In this document: piece after piece, positions 24,936 through 33,283 of the stretch
Numbering within the stretch: the first letter of the stretch is position 1
How the letters are laid out: each line of letters opens with the position of its first letter
From: a virus
Lineage: Duplodnaviria > Caudoviricetes
Strand: one strand, 5' to 3'
Length of the DNA stretch: 33,823 nucleotides
Virus record (IMG/VR): IMGVR_UViG_3300047314_000186
Span: 1-33,823 of that record
Made by a program: the position numbers and the translations under genes
The notes under the pieces: generated by a model
Databases searched by the model: none
What the model saw: only the letters and a program-made list of their open reading frames with translations
Told to the model about the DNA's origin: nothing

Positions 24936-25922
24936 ATGGCACCGAGAACACAGCACCCGCCGGCGCAGGATGCGGATGACGAAAGCCTCCTGGTCGCCGC
25001 CATGGCCAATACCGAGAGCGAGATCTTCACCGAGGCGATGGGCGACGACGAGGACGATAACGACGGCGATAACTCGCTCGAACAGATGGAAGACCCGGTC
25101 GGCGACGACGAGGAGGACGCCGGCGAGGAGGAGGGTGACGAGGAAGGCCAGGAGGAGACCGGTGACGAGGCACCGCAGGAAGGCGCCCGTGAGCCTCCTC
25201 CGCAGGAACGCCCGAGTTACCGCCTGCCGCCAGTCGACCCTTCCGCCCAACGCATTGCCGAGCTCGAAGCCAGGCTGGCACGCATGGAAGCGCCCCGGCA
25301 AGAACAGCCGGCGCCGCCCCCGCAGGAACTGCCCGACCCCGTCCTCGACCCGGCCGGCTTCCGCGAAGGCATGGCGGCGCAGATGCGGGCCGAATATCAG
25401 CAGGCCACCAGAACGGCCATTCTGGAGAACAACTTCAAGGCAACCGAGGCGGCCTATTCGCGTGAGAACCGAAGGGACGAATTCACGCTGGCAGCAAGCC
25501 AGTTAAACGAGCTTTCGTTTCGCGCCAGGACGGACCCGAATGCTGCGGCTACGGTACGCGGCATCGTGAATGCACCCGATCCCGGCTACGCGCTGATGCA
25601 ATGGGCCGAGGATACCCTCGACCTGGAGAACTTCCGCCAGGAGCAGGCGGAACGCAACCGCGAGCAGGCAGCACGCCTGCTCGGTGTAGACCCTGCAGAT
25701 CTTGAAGGCATTGCCCCGCAGCGCCAGGCGCCGCGGCAGGATACCCGGGAGCGCGGCGAGCAACGCCAAGCGCCCGCACAACGCGGCAGGGGGACTAGTC
25801 CCCGGCTTCCCTCATTGAACTCAGCAGGCGGCGTCGGGCGCGAGGGCGGCAATAGCCGTAACCTCGACCCGCGCGGCTTCGACGGTTCCGAGGAAAGCAT
25901 CTTCCGAGACGCATTCAACTAG
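24936..25922 (+). CDS. Capsid scaffolding protein
   Basis: Very acidic N-terminus, coiled coil, PDPVLDP, C-terminal PSLN...ESIF; directly before the capsid gene. Confidence 0.8.
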   Translation: MAPRTQHPPAQDADDESLLVAAMANTESEIFTEAMGDDEDDNDGDNSLEQMEDPVGDDEEDAGEEEGDEEGQEETGDEAPQEGAREPPPQERPSYRLPPVDPSAQRIAELEARLARMEAPRQEQPAPPPQELPDPVLDPAGFREGMAAQMRAEYQQATRTAILENNFKATEAAYSRENRRDEFTLAASQLNELSFRARTDPNAAATVRGIVNAPDPGYALMQWAEDTLDLENFRQEQAERNREQAARLLGVDPADLEGIAPQRQAPRQDTRERGEQRQAPAQRGRGTSPRLPSLNSAGGVGREGGNSRNLDPRGFDGSEESIFRDAFN

Positions 25923-26003
25923 CTACGCTTCGCGCTTCCCGGCCTAGCCGGTTCGGCGCGCTCCGCTAAGAAGTCCGTAGCCAACCCTTGAAGGGGTCTG
26001 GCC

Positions 26004-27152
26004 ATGGCCATCACTACCGTACAAGCCCAAAATAAACTCATCGTCTTCCGCAAGGAAGTCACACGAGAATACATCCGGCAGAACCTGTTTAGCCCGTATG
26101 TGGGCACAGAACTCACCGCGATCATCCGCGTCATCAATGACCTGAAAAAAGGCGGCGAGCAGATCAATATCCCGCTGGTCGCAAGGCTCAAGGCCAACGC
26201 GATCTCGACCGGAACGCTCGTCGGCAACGAAGAAAATATCGACAATTTCGGCGATCGGATGTGGATCGACTGGGCGAGAAACGCCGTCCGCATCCCGAAG
26301 TCCGAAGAGCAGAAGTCGAGCATCGACCTATTCGGCCAGGCGCGTCCGCTGCTCGAAGACTGGGGCAAGGAGCTCCAGCGCAACGAGATCGTGGACACGT
26401 TCAACACAATCCCGATCCAGAACACACAGCCCGCCGGTCTCGGCTCTGCCGGCGGCCAGCGCGTCAACGGCGCGTTTTTCGACGCGGCAACCCCAGCACA
26501 ACGCAACACATTCACCACCGACAACAACGATCGCATCCTGTTTGGTGGCAGCCAAGGCAACCTGTCGCCCGGCAACTGGGCAACCTCGGCCGCTAATGTC
26601 ACGTCCGGCATGACCTTCAGCGCCGCCGCGGCAAATAAGATGAAGCGGCTGGCCAAAAAAGCCAACCCGAGGATCAGACCCTACAAGCTGAAAAACGGCC
26701 GGGAATATTTCGTGGTCTTCGTGGGGTCTAATTGCTTCCGCGACATCCAGCTCGACACCACGATCATCAACGCCAATACCCAGGCGCGTCCGCGTGAAGG
26801 CGACGGGCTCGACAAGAACCCGCTCTTCCAAGACGGCGACCTGCTCTACAACGGCATGATCTTCCGCGAGATCCCGGAATTGGATATCCGACTGCCCACG
26901 ACCTACACCACCGCTGGCGCCGGCGGTATCCAGATCGCGCCCGTGTTCATGTGCGGACAATCCGCCATGGCCTGGGCGTGGGGCAGAATGCCTCGCCCGA
27001 CGTTCCTCAAAGAGGACGACTACCAGTTCTACCGCGGCGTCGGCGTGGAGATGGCCTATGGTCTCAAGACCATAGCCAAGGCGAACCCGGCCGGAAACTA
27101 CAAGAGCTGGGGCATCTTCTACGGGTATTTCGCCTCGGCGAACGACACATAA
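26004..27152 (+). CDS. Major capsid protein (DUF4043/N4-gp56-like)
   Basis: DLKKGGEQINIPLV..L, GTLVGNEE, RNAV, NPLFQDGDLLYNG...REIP, CGQSA. Confidence 0.9.
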   Translation: MAITTVQAQNKLIVFRKEVTREYIRQNLFSPYVGTELTAIIRVINDLKKGGEQINIPLVARLKANAISTGTLVGNEENIDNFGDRMWIDWARNAVRIPKSEEQKSSIDLFGQARPLLEDWGKELQRNEIVDTFNTIPIQNTQPAGLGSAGGQRVNGAFFDAATPAQRNTFTTDNNDRILFGGSQGNLSPGNWATSAANVTSGMTFSAAAANKMKRLAKKANPRIRPYKLKNGREYFVVFVGSNCFRDIQLDTTIINANTQARPREGDGLDKNPLFQDGDLLYNGMIFREIPELDIRLPTTYTTAGAGGIQIAPVFMCGQSAMAWAWGRMPRPTFLKEDDYQFYRGVGVEMAYGLKTIAKANPAGNYKSWGIFYGYFASANDT

Positions 27153-27219
27153 GAGCCGCGGCTGCCCTCGCGGTTCTATCGGCCCGGCGCTGCTGCTCGT
27201 CAGGAGGCGGCAGCGTCGG
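27152..27219 (+). terminator. Two GC-rich hairpins after the capsid gene
   Basis: AGAGCCGCG...CGCGGTTCT and GGCGCTGCTGC...GCGGCAGCGTC; may stabilise mRNA or attenuate transcription. Confidence 0.4.
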
Positions 27220-27253
27220 TTCCGTCCCTCAACCCAACTTGAAAGGCAATCCC

Positions 27254-27844
27254 ATGAAGAATCTCATCTCGCGGGTGAGCGGCGGATTACTTGCCGGCCT
27301 CGCTCTTGCTCTGCTTGTCGTCGGATCTGGGCTCTATGTCGCGGCTCAACCCGTGTTCTCGCCGCGCATATTCCCGACCCAGCAAGTCCACTACATGCGG
27401 TTCCCGGTCAACTTCAATTCCTGCCCACTCCCTGCCGCGGCCGGCAACTGCTCCTATAAAGTCGGCGCAGTTCCATACAATTCATGGATCCTGCGCGGCG
27501 TCCTCGAGGTATTCACCTCGTTCAACTCCACCACCACCGACACCGTTGCATTGAGCACGGCTTCCGGCACGGGTGCATTGCTCGTGGCGGGAACCTCGAC
27601 GCACGGTGCCGCCGGGGTCACGCAATTGACCATCGTCACGGCGACCGGCCTCGGTGTGCAATCGACCGGCAACAACATTGCCCAGACCGGGAGCAATGGC
27701 GGCTTCGATATCTGGGCAAATCTCGCGTACACGGGCGCCTCGCCCGCAACGGCTGGAGCCGCCGCCATCGTGCTGGAATACGCCGCTCCCAATGACGGAC
27801 TATGCGGGCCGGTCGCACTCGGCGCCACCGCTCCCGGATGCTGA
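27254..27844 (+). CDS. Signal-peptide-bearing capsid decoration/cement-like protein
   Basis: AAAGG RBS; MKNLISRVSGGLLAGLALALLVVGSGLYVAA|Q; VG.VP.NS.IL...EV.T.FN...D...TAGAA.IVLEY jelly-roll-like pattern; immediately after the capsid gene. Confidence 0.7.
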   Translation: MKNLISRVSGGLLAGLALALLVVGSGLYVAAQPVFSPRIFPTQQVHYMRFPVNFNSCPLPAAAGNCSYKVGAVPYNSWILRGVLEVFTSFNSTTTDTVALSTASGTGALLVAGTSTHGAAGVTQLTIVTATGLGVQSTGNNIAQTGSNGGFDIWANLAYTGASPATAGAAAIVLEYAAPNDGLCGPVALGATAPGC

Positions 27845-27851
27845 GGGCAAC

Positions 27852-27872
27852 GGGGCGGGATCTCCCCGCCCC
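27852..27872 (+). terminator. Short GC hairpin
   Basis: GGGGCGGG-ATCT-CCCCGCCCC followed by TTCCT. Confidence 0.4.
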
Positions 27873-27895
27873 TTCCTCCATGAAAGGATAAATCC

Positions 27896-28282
27896 ATGAG
27901 CCTAGCCAATAGCGCGCTTCTCAATTCACTGTCGCTCGCCGGCACGGTGCTGGACGACAACCAGACCGCCGGCGGCGCCACCGGCGTGACCGTGCAGGCT
28001 GGCGCCACCTCGATCGTCGGCGAGGGCATCCGCGTGCTGCGCGGCGCCGCCGGCACCAGCGTCATTCTCAAAAGCGTGCTCTCGGGTGACGCCGGCCCCT
28101 TGGTGTGGATCGTCAACGACGGCCCCAACTCGATCAATGCCTTCCCGGCGGCCGGCGAGTTCAACAATGGCGGCGCCAATCAGGTATTGGCAGTTCCGGC
28201 CGGTCAAGGTGCCATCTTCGTTCGGGTACCGAATAACTTGGCTGGGTCCAGCAGCGGTTGGCGTAGCGCCGTAATTCCTTGA
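27896..28282 (+). CDS. Small beta-rich virion accessory protein (no signal peptide)
   Basis: AAAGGA RBS; IVNDGPNSINAFPAAGE..N.GAN..LAVPAG pattern. Confidence 0.65.
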   Translation: MSLANSALLNSLSLAGTVLDDNQTAGGATGVTVQAGATSIVGEGIRVLRGAAGTSVILKSVLSGDAGPLVWIVNDGPNSINAFPAAGEFNNGGANQVLAVPAGQGAIFVRVPNNLAGSSSGWRSAVIP

Positions 28283-28292
28283 GAGGTGAAAA

Positions 28293-28871
28293 ATGAACAG
28301 CACCGCAGAACTGACCCGCGCCAAGACCGCCGAGCCGAAGGCCGAGATCAAGGTCACGTTCCATCCCGGCCCCGAGGACAAGGCACAGGCGACCGTAAAT
28401 GGCATCCTCTTTGTCGCCAACAAGCCTGTCGTGATGTCACGAAAAAACAAGCGGCATTACTTCGAGGACGACATGCCCCAACACCATGTCGCGGCCGACG
28501 GAACCCATACCACGCGCACCGTGAGGACACTCACCTTCATGCCGGATCGACTGAAGGACAATCCGTTCTTCGAGGTCGAAGGCTTCCCGCGGTTCGTCAA
28601 ACCGATCGCGCACGGCCGCAAGCCGCAAACCGCGGAAGAATACCGGTCCTGGGCGCAAGCCTGGTTCGCGGCGGCGGGGACCGATGGAAGCGACGAGCAA
28701 ACCCCGCGGGAAATGGTCTATCGCTGGGACGTCGAGAAATCGATGCGCGAGCTGATCGGCGTCGGCGAGGAGGATATTGCGATGCTGCGGCCGTTCTTCG
28801 ACATGAAGGTCGAGCAGATGAACAGCAACCTCGGCATCAAGCACGCCAGCAATGACGGCGGGGATATGTAA
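28293..28871 (+). CDS. Hypothetical late protein
   Basis: GAGGTG RBS; KVTFHPG...NGILF..NKPV...LKDNPFFEV. Confidence 0.7.
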   Translation: MNSTAELTRAKTAEPKAEIKVTFHPGPEDKAQATVNGILFVANKPVVMSRKNKRHYFEDDMPQHHVAADGTHTTRTVRTLTFMPDRLKDNPFFEVEGFPRFVKPIAHGRKPQTAEEYRSWAQAWFAAAGTDGSDEQTPREMVYRWDVEKSMRELIGVGEEDIAMLRPFFDMKVEQMNSNLGIKHASNDGGDM

Positions 28872-29323
28872 TGGCTCCCTACGCCGGCCAGTACCGCACA
28901 GTCAACGACCTGATTGACGAGGCGCTGGCAAAATTGGGCGTGAAATCGGCCGGCCAGCCTACCGATCCGGAAGACTACAACTACGTGTTTTCAGCCTACG
29001 ATGCCATCCTGCGCAAACTGGCCGGCCTGGAGATCATCACGCTGTCGAGCTACGACACGAGTTCCGTTCCCGGCGCGTGGTTCCTCGATCTCGCCTCCAT
29101 CATCGCCGGCGAGGTATGTCAGAAGTTCAGCTACACCGGGCAGGACCGCACCGACATGATGAATGCGGGGCTCGGCGACGGCGTGACGGTCGAGATCGGC
29201 GGCGGCGCCGCCGCCAAGTCGCTCAAGCAGATCACGCGGTTGAAGCCGACCTTAGAACCGTTGAAGGCCGATTACTTCATCTGGGCGGCACTTTTTATTG
29301 CAGCATCGGGAATGATTTCATGA
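28871..29323 (+). CDS. Head-to-tail adaptor (P22 gp4-like)
   Basis: TVNDLIDEALAKLGV.SAGQ...PED; lies before the gp10-like gene. Confidence 0.7.
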   Translation: MAPYAGQYRTVNDLIDEALAKLGVKSAGQPTDPEDYNYVFSAYDAILRKLAGLEIITLSSYDTSSVPGAWFLDLASIIAGEVCQKFSYTGQDRTDMMNAGLGDGVTVEIGGGAAAKSLKQITRLKPTLEPLKADYFIWAALFIAASGMIS

Positions 29324-29844
29324 ATCTAACCCATGAGAGGCTTCTACGGGTTCTCTTCTACGATCCAGAGAGCGGTATTTTCTCGTGGAATACTAAAACA
29401 GTCACACGCGGACGCCCCAGTAAGCTTTTCGGTGTGAGAGCCGGAACCATTTCGGGCGCTGGAAAGACCCGCACAAAATCTTACCGAATGATCGGCGTAG
29501 ACGGCACAAAATATCAGGAGCACCGATTGGCTTGGTTCTATATGACAGGCGAATGGCCGGCCTCTCTTGTCGATCACAAAGATCTCGATGGCCTCAATAA
29601 TAAGTGGCTAAATCTCCGTGAAGCTACGCACAGCACGAATAAGGCAAATCGCGCGGCGCCTGCAAACAATACAACAGGCTTCAAGGGCGTCAGTTTCAAC
29701 AAAGCCCAAGGGCTCTATCAGGCGAGTATTTGCCGCCAATACAAGCAGATGCATCTCGGATTTTTCGATACCGCAGAGCTTGCAGCTGCGGCCTATGAAA
29801 AGGCTGCGCGCGAGCTATTCGGTGAGTTTGCACGAGCATCCTGA
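29320..29844 (+). CDS. HNH homing endonuclease with AP2 domain (1)
   Basis: YDPESGIF.W, HRLAW..MTGEWP..VDHKD.DGLNN...NLR.AT..N, NNTTGFKGVS...HLGFFDT; ATGA overlap. Confidence 0.9.
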   Translation: MNLTHERLLRVLFYDPESGIFSWNTKTVTRGRPSKLFGVRAGTISGAGKTRTKSYRMIGVDGTKYQEHRLAWFYMTGEWPASLVDHKDLDGLNNKWLNLREATHSTNKANRAAPANNTTGFKGVSFNKAQGLYQASICRQYKQMHLGFFDTAELAAAAYEKAARELFGEFARAS

Positions 29845-31583
29845 TGCCTAACACTCCCTACATCCCAATTCCATGGCCGTTGAGCTCGTTTCCTGGCTCA
29901 AACCTGCATCCCGGCGACAACACGCAGGAATCGGCCGGGAGGATCGTCAATCGATACGCAGAAGCCCTGGGCGAGGCGCAGCACCCTACCGGACCATCGG
30001 CCCAGGTCTGGCGACGATCGCCTGGGCTGACACGCCACGCCGTCACGTCCCAGACCGGTTACCGCGGTGGTCTGATCGTCAACAATCTGTCCTATGAGGT
30101 GTGGAACAACAACCTATCGACGGTCGACGCCGGCGGCGGCGTGACCTCGCTCGGCAGCATACCGGGGACGGCTCCTATCAGCATCGCGCGCGATCTGGCC
30201 GTCACCGTCGATGTCGTGATCGTTAGTCCGGGAGATGGGGCGTTCACGTCGACCGGTGGGGCGGCGCCCGTCTCCTACAACGGCGGCGGCGTGCTGCCGC
30301 AGCCTAACAGCGTGGCGTTCCAGGATGGCGTCTTTCACTTCACGATCGCGGACGGCCGGGTGTTCGCCTCCGGGATCAATGCACTGACGCAGAACGCGCT
30401 CACGTTCGTCAAACTGCAGTCGAAGTCAGATGTCGTCCTGCTCCGCGGCATTGCCTTCAACGGCATGATGTACTTTTTCACCACGGGCGGCTGCGAGGTC
30501 TGGCAGGACACGGCAGCCCCGACACCAGCCTATCCCTATACAAAATTCATGACGCTGGCCTATGGGCTGGTGCAGCAGAGCGCAATCGCGGGATGGGAAA
30601 CCGGTTTCGACGATCTGATCTGGGTGGCGCAGGATTTCAACGTCTATCGCCTGCCGTACAACACGCTGCAACCGGGACCGGCGATCTCGCCGCCCGCGCT
30701 CAACACGCTGATCGAGTTCGCGGTCAAGGCCGGCGACACGATCAAGGCCGGCGTCCATATCTCGGCGGGTCGTAAATTCTGGACGCTCACCTCCTCGACA
30801 TGGACCTGGCAGTTCAACCTCTCGACGCAGAAGTGGAACGAGCGGCAGAGCCTCAATGCCTTGACCGGGCTCTATGGCCCGTGGCGCGGCGTCGGCGGCC
30901 ACAACGCCTTCGGCAAATGGCTGATGGGAGACACGCAATCAGGAAACCTGCTGTTTACCGATAGTCAGAACTTCACCGAGGATGGGGCACCGCTGCGCTC
31001 GCGGATCGAGAGCGGGCCAGTGAGCGCATTCCCCGGCCAGACCAGGATCGCGCGCGCGGATTTCAATTTCGTGTTTGGGGTGGGCGAAAACGTCGCCAAC
31101 TTCATCACCAACGTGGTCGGGACGGCGGCCTCGCCTTCGCATCTGATCCGGCTGGAGGTCATCTCGACAGCGGGGATGACAAACAACGATCAGGTCAATG
31201 TCGCCGGCGTCCATGGCACGACCGAAGCCAATGGAACGTGGGTGGCAACCATCGTCGATCCGACGCACATCGATCTGCAGGGCTCGCTGTGGGCCAATGC
31301 CTGGACCTTTGGCGGCACGGTTACCGATGTCACGGCGCCGCATAACATGGTCGCCCCGGTGTGCGCCATATCGTGCTCGAAGGACGGCGGCATCACCTGG
31401 GATTACCCCGCAATCCGCCAGATCGGGACGCAGCAACACGTCAAAGGCGTGCGCGCCTCGGTGAAATCGCGCGGCATGTCGGGGATACAAGGCGTGCGCT
31501 GGCGGGTCGATTGCAGCGATAGTGTCTATGATGGTTTTTTAGGTGGTACTATGAGTACAAATCCATTGGAGCCTCCCCCGTAA
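29844..31583 (+). CDS. Tail hub / DNA stabilisation protein (P22 gp10-like)
   Basis: VNRYAE...RRSPGL, SVAFQDG.F, EVW...YP, TW.FNLSTQKWNER.S, GD..SGNL, SKDGG.TW. Confidence 0.8.
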   Translation: MPNTPYIPIPWPLSSFPGSNLHPGDNTQESAGRIVNRYAEALGEAQHPTGPSAQVWRRSPGLTRHAVTSQTGYRGGLIVNNLSYEVWNNNLSTVDAGGGVTSLGSIPGTAPISIARDLAVTVDVVIVSPGDGAFTSTGGAAPVSYNGGGVLPQPNSVAFQDGVFHFTIADGRVFASGINALTQNALTFVKLQSKSDVVLLRGIAFNGMMYFFTTGGCEVWQDTAAPTPAYPYTKFMTLAYGLVQQSAIAGWETGFDDLIWVAQDFNVYRLPYNTLQPGPAISPPALNTLIEFAVKAGDTIKAGVHISAGRKFWTLTSSTWTWQFNLSTQKWNERQSLNALTGLYGPWRGVGGHNAFGKWLMGDTQSGNLLFTDSQNFTEDGAPLRSRIESGPVSAFPGQTRIARADFNFVFGVGENVANFITNVVGTAASPSHLIRLEVISTAGMTNNDQVNVAGVHGTTEANGTWVATIVDPTHIDLQGSLWANAWTFGGTVTDVTAPHNMVAPVCAISCSKDGGITWDYPAIRQIGTQQHVKGVRASVKSRGMSGIQGVRWRVDCSDSVYDGFLGGTMSTNPLEPPP

Positions 31584-32119
31584 TGCCAGTGCCTGCAGCC
31601 GAGTTGCCATCACAAGACGCGTTGCTCGCGTGCTTTGATTACGATCCAATTACCGGCGTTCTGCGCTGGCGTCGTCGTGACCCGATAAAACAAGGAATGA
31701 AGATCGCCAACGGCAAATGCGCCGGGAAGGCAGCCGGATACGTGCGCGAAGGCAAATATATTGCCGTCATGCTGGATGATGTCACCTATTACGCACATCG
31801 CATCATCTGGAAGATGGTTACCGGAAACGATCCGCCGGATTGGATAGATCACGAGGACGGCGACGGAACCAACAATAGATGGCTCAATATGAGAGCGGCT
31901 ACCCACGCTCAGAATATGTGGAACACTTCTATTTTCAGGAACAACACAAGCGGCTATCGCGGCGTTTCGTTCATTAAGTCCCATGGCAAATTTAGAGCAG
32001 CAATCGGCATTGGTGGAAAGAAAAAGCATATCGGCTACTTCAATACGGCGGCTGAAGCGCATCTTGCTGTGGCTGAAGCGATCTTTAAGACCCGCGGCGA
32101 TTTCGCGAGGGTCGCATGA
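31583..32119 (+). CDS. HNH homing endonuclease with AP2 domain (2)
   Basis: YDPITG.L.W, AHRIIW.MVTG.DP..IDHEDGDGTNN..LNMR.AT..QN, NNTSGYRGVS...HIGYF; TAATG overlap. Confidence 0.9.
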   Translation: MPVPAAELPSQDALLACFDYDPITGVLRWRRRDPIKQGMKIANGKCAGKAAGYVREGKYIAVMLDDVTYYAHRIIWKMVTGNDPPDWIDHEDGDGTNNRWLNMRAATHAQNMWNTSIFRNNTSGYRGVSFIKSHGKFRAAIGIGGKKKHIGYFNTAAEAHLAVAEAIFKTRGDFARVA

Positions 32120-32340
32120 CAGCAGGAGCAAAGCCACTCGGCCCGGCCGGAATGCCGGTCGTGCATACGGATGGTGTCCCGACCACCGAGTTCGGCGCCT
32201 GGCTCGATTACGTCAATCGCTTCATCGCGGCACCGGGGCCGCTCGTGAGCGCGGCCAATGACGCCGCCGCCGCCGCCGCCGGGGTGCCGGTGGGTGGAAT
32301 CTACAGAATCGGCAACGCCGTGCAGGTACGGCTAGTATAG
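32116..32340 (+). CDS. Small tail accessory protein
   Basis: P.V..DG.PT.EF..WL and ANDAAAAAAGVPVGGIYR.GN motif; position equivalent to P22 gp26. Confidence 0.6.
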   Translation: MTAGAKPLGPAGMPVVHTDGVPTTEFGAWLDYVNRFIAAPGPLVSAANDAAAAAAGVPVGGIYRIGNAVQVRLV

Positions 32341-32351
32341 GAGTACGTGTC

Positions 32352-33272
32352 ATCGGCCTCTTCGACTACTTTAGCGGGCAAGACGCGCAGAACGCTGCGG
32401 ATGCGCAGAAGGCCGGCATTCAGCAGGGCTACGCCAATCTAACTCCGTTTTTCAGCCAGGGCCGCGATGCGCTCACGGGTGCGCTCGGCACCGGCACTGG
32501 CGCGCTGAATACCGCGCTCGGCAACGCGACGAATGCCTATGGTTCAGGCCTGACCGGCGCGACCGGCGCCTATGGACAGGCGCTCGGCGCCGGTACCGGC
32601 GCGCTGGGGGGAGCGCTCGCCGGATCAGTGGGAGCATACCAGCCCAACCTACAGACTGGTCAGGCCGGGCAGAACGCCTATGCCAATGCGCTCGGCGTCA
32701 ATGGTCCGGCCGGCAACGCTCAAGCCGTGCAGAATTTCCAAGCCGGCCCCGGCTATCAATTTCAAATGGACCAGATGATGCAAAACCTGCTGCGCAATCA
32801 GCAGGCGACGGGACAGGCCAATTCGGGTGCGACGAATGTCGACACCTTGCAACAGGCTTCCGGCATCGCCAATCAGGGCTGGCAGCAATATCTGCAAAAC
32901 CTGCAGCCGTTCATCGGTTCTTCGAATGCGGCGGCGCAAGGAACTGCCGGCGCCTACCAGAATTACGGCAACCAGGTCAGCGGTCTCAACCAGAACATCG
33001 CCTCCGGCATTGGCGGCGCGAACCTCAACACGGCCTCGGGCCTCGCCGGCAGCAACGTCAATGTCGGACAGCTCCTCGCCGCCCTCAATCAGGGCACCGG
33101 CAGTCAACTGAACCAGAGCCTGCAGGGCCAGGGCAATGCGGCCTACGGCGCCGCCACGGGAATCGGCAACGCCCAGGCCAATGCGGATCTCGCTCAATAC
33201 ACCGCGTCCGGCAACTTGTGGAATACGCTCCTCGGCGGCGCCAATGCCGCCGCCAAAATTGCTGCGGCGTAA
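32352..33272 (+). CDS. DNA ejection/pilot protein (P22 gp7-like); apparent start codon ATC
   Basis: Stop-free frame from ATC-GGC-CTC-TTC (xGLFDYFSG), 8 nt after AGGAG; FQAGPGYQF and SGAT motifs; G/A/Q/N-rich. Confidence 0.75.
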   Translation: MGLFDYFSGQDAQNAADAQKAGIQQGYANLTPFFSQGRDALTGALGTGTGALNTALGNATNAYGSGLTGATGAYGQALGAGTGALGGALAGSVGAYQPNLQTGQAGQNAYANALGVNGPAGNAQAVQNFQAGPGYQFQMDQMMQNLLRNQQATGQANSGATNVDTLQQASGIANQGWQQYLQNLQPFIGSSNAAAQGTAGAYQNYGNQVSGLNQNIASGIGGANLNTASGLAGSNVNVGQLLAALNQGTGSQLNQSLQGQGNAAYGAATGIGNAQANADLAQYTASGNLWNTLLGGANAAAKIAAA

Positions 33273-33283
33273 AGGGCTGATCA

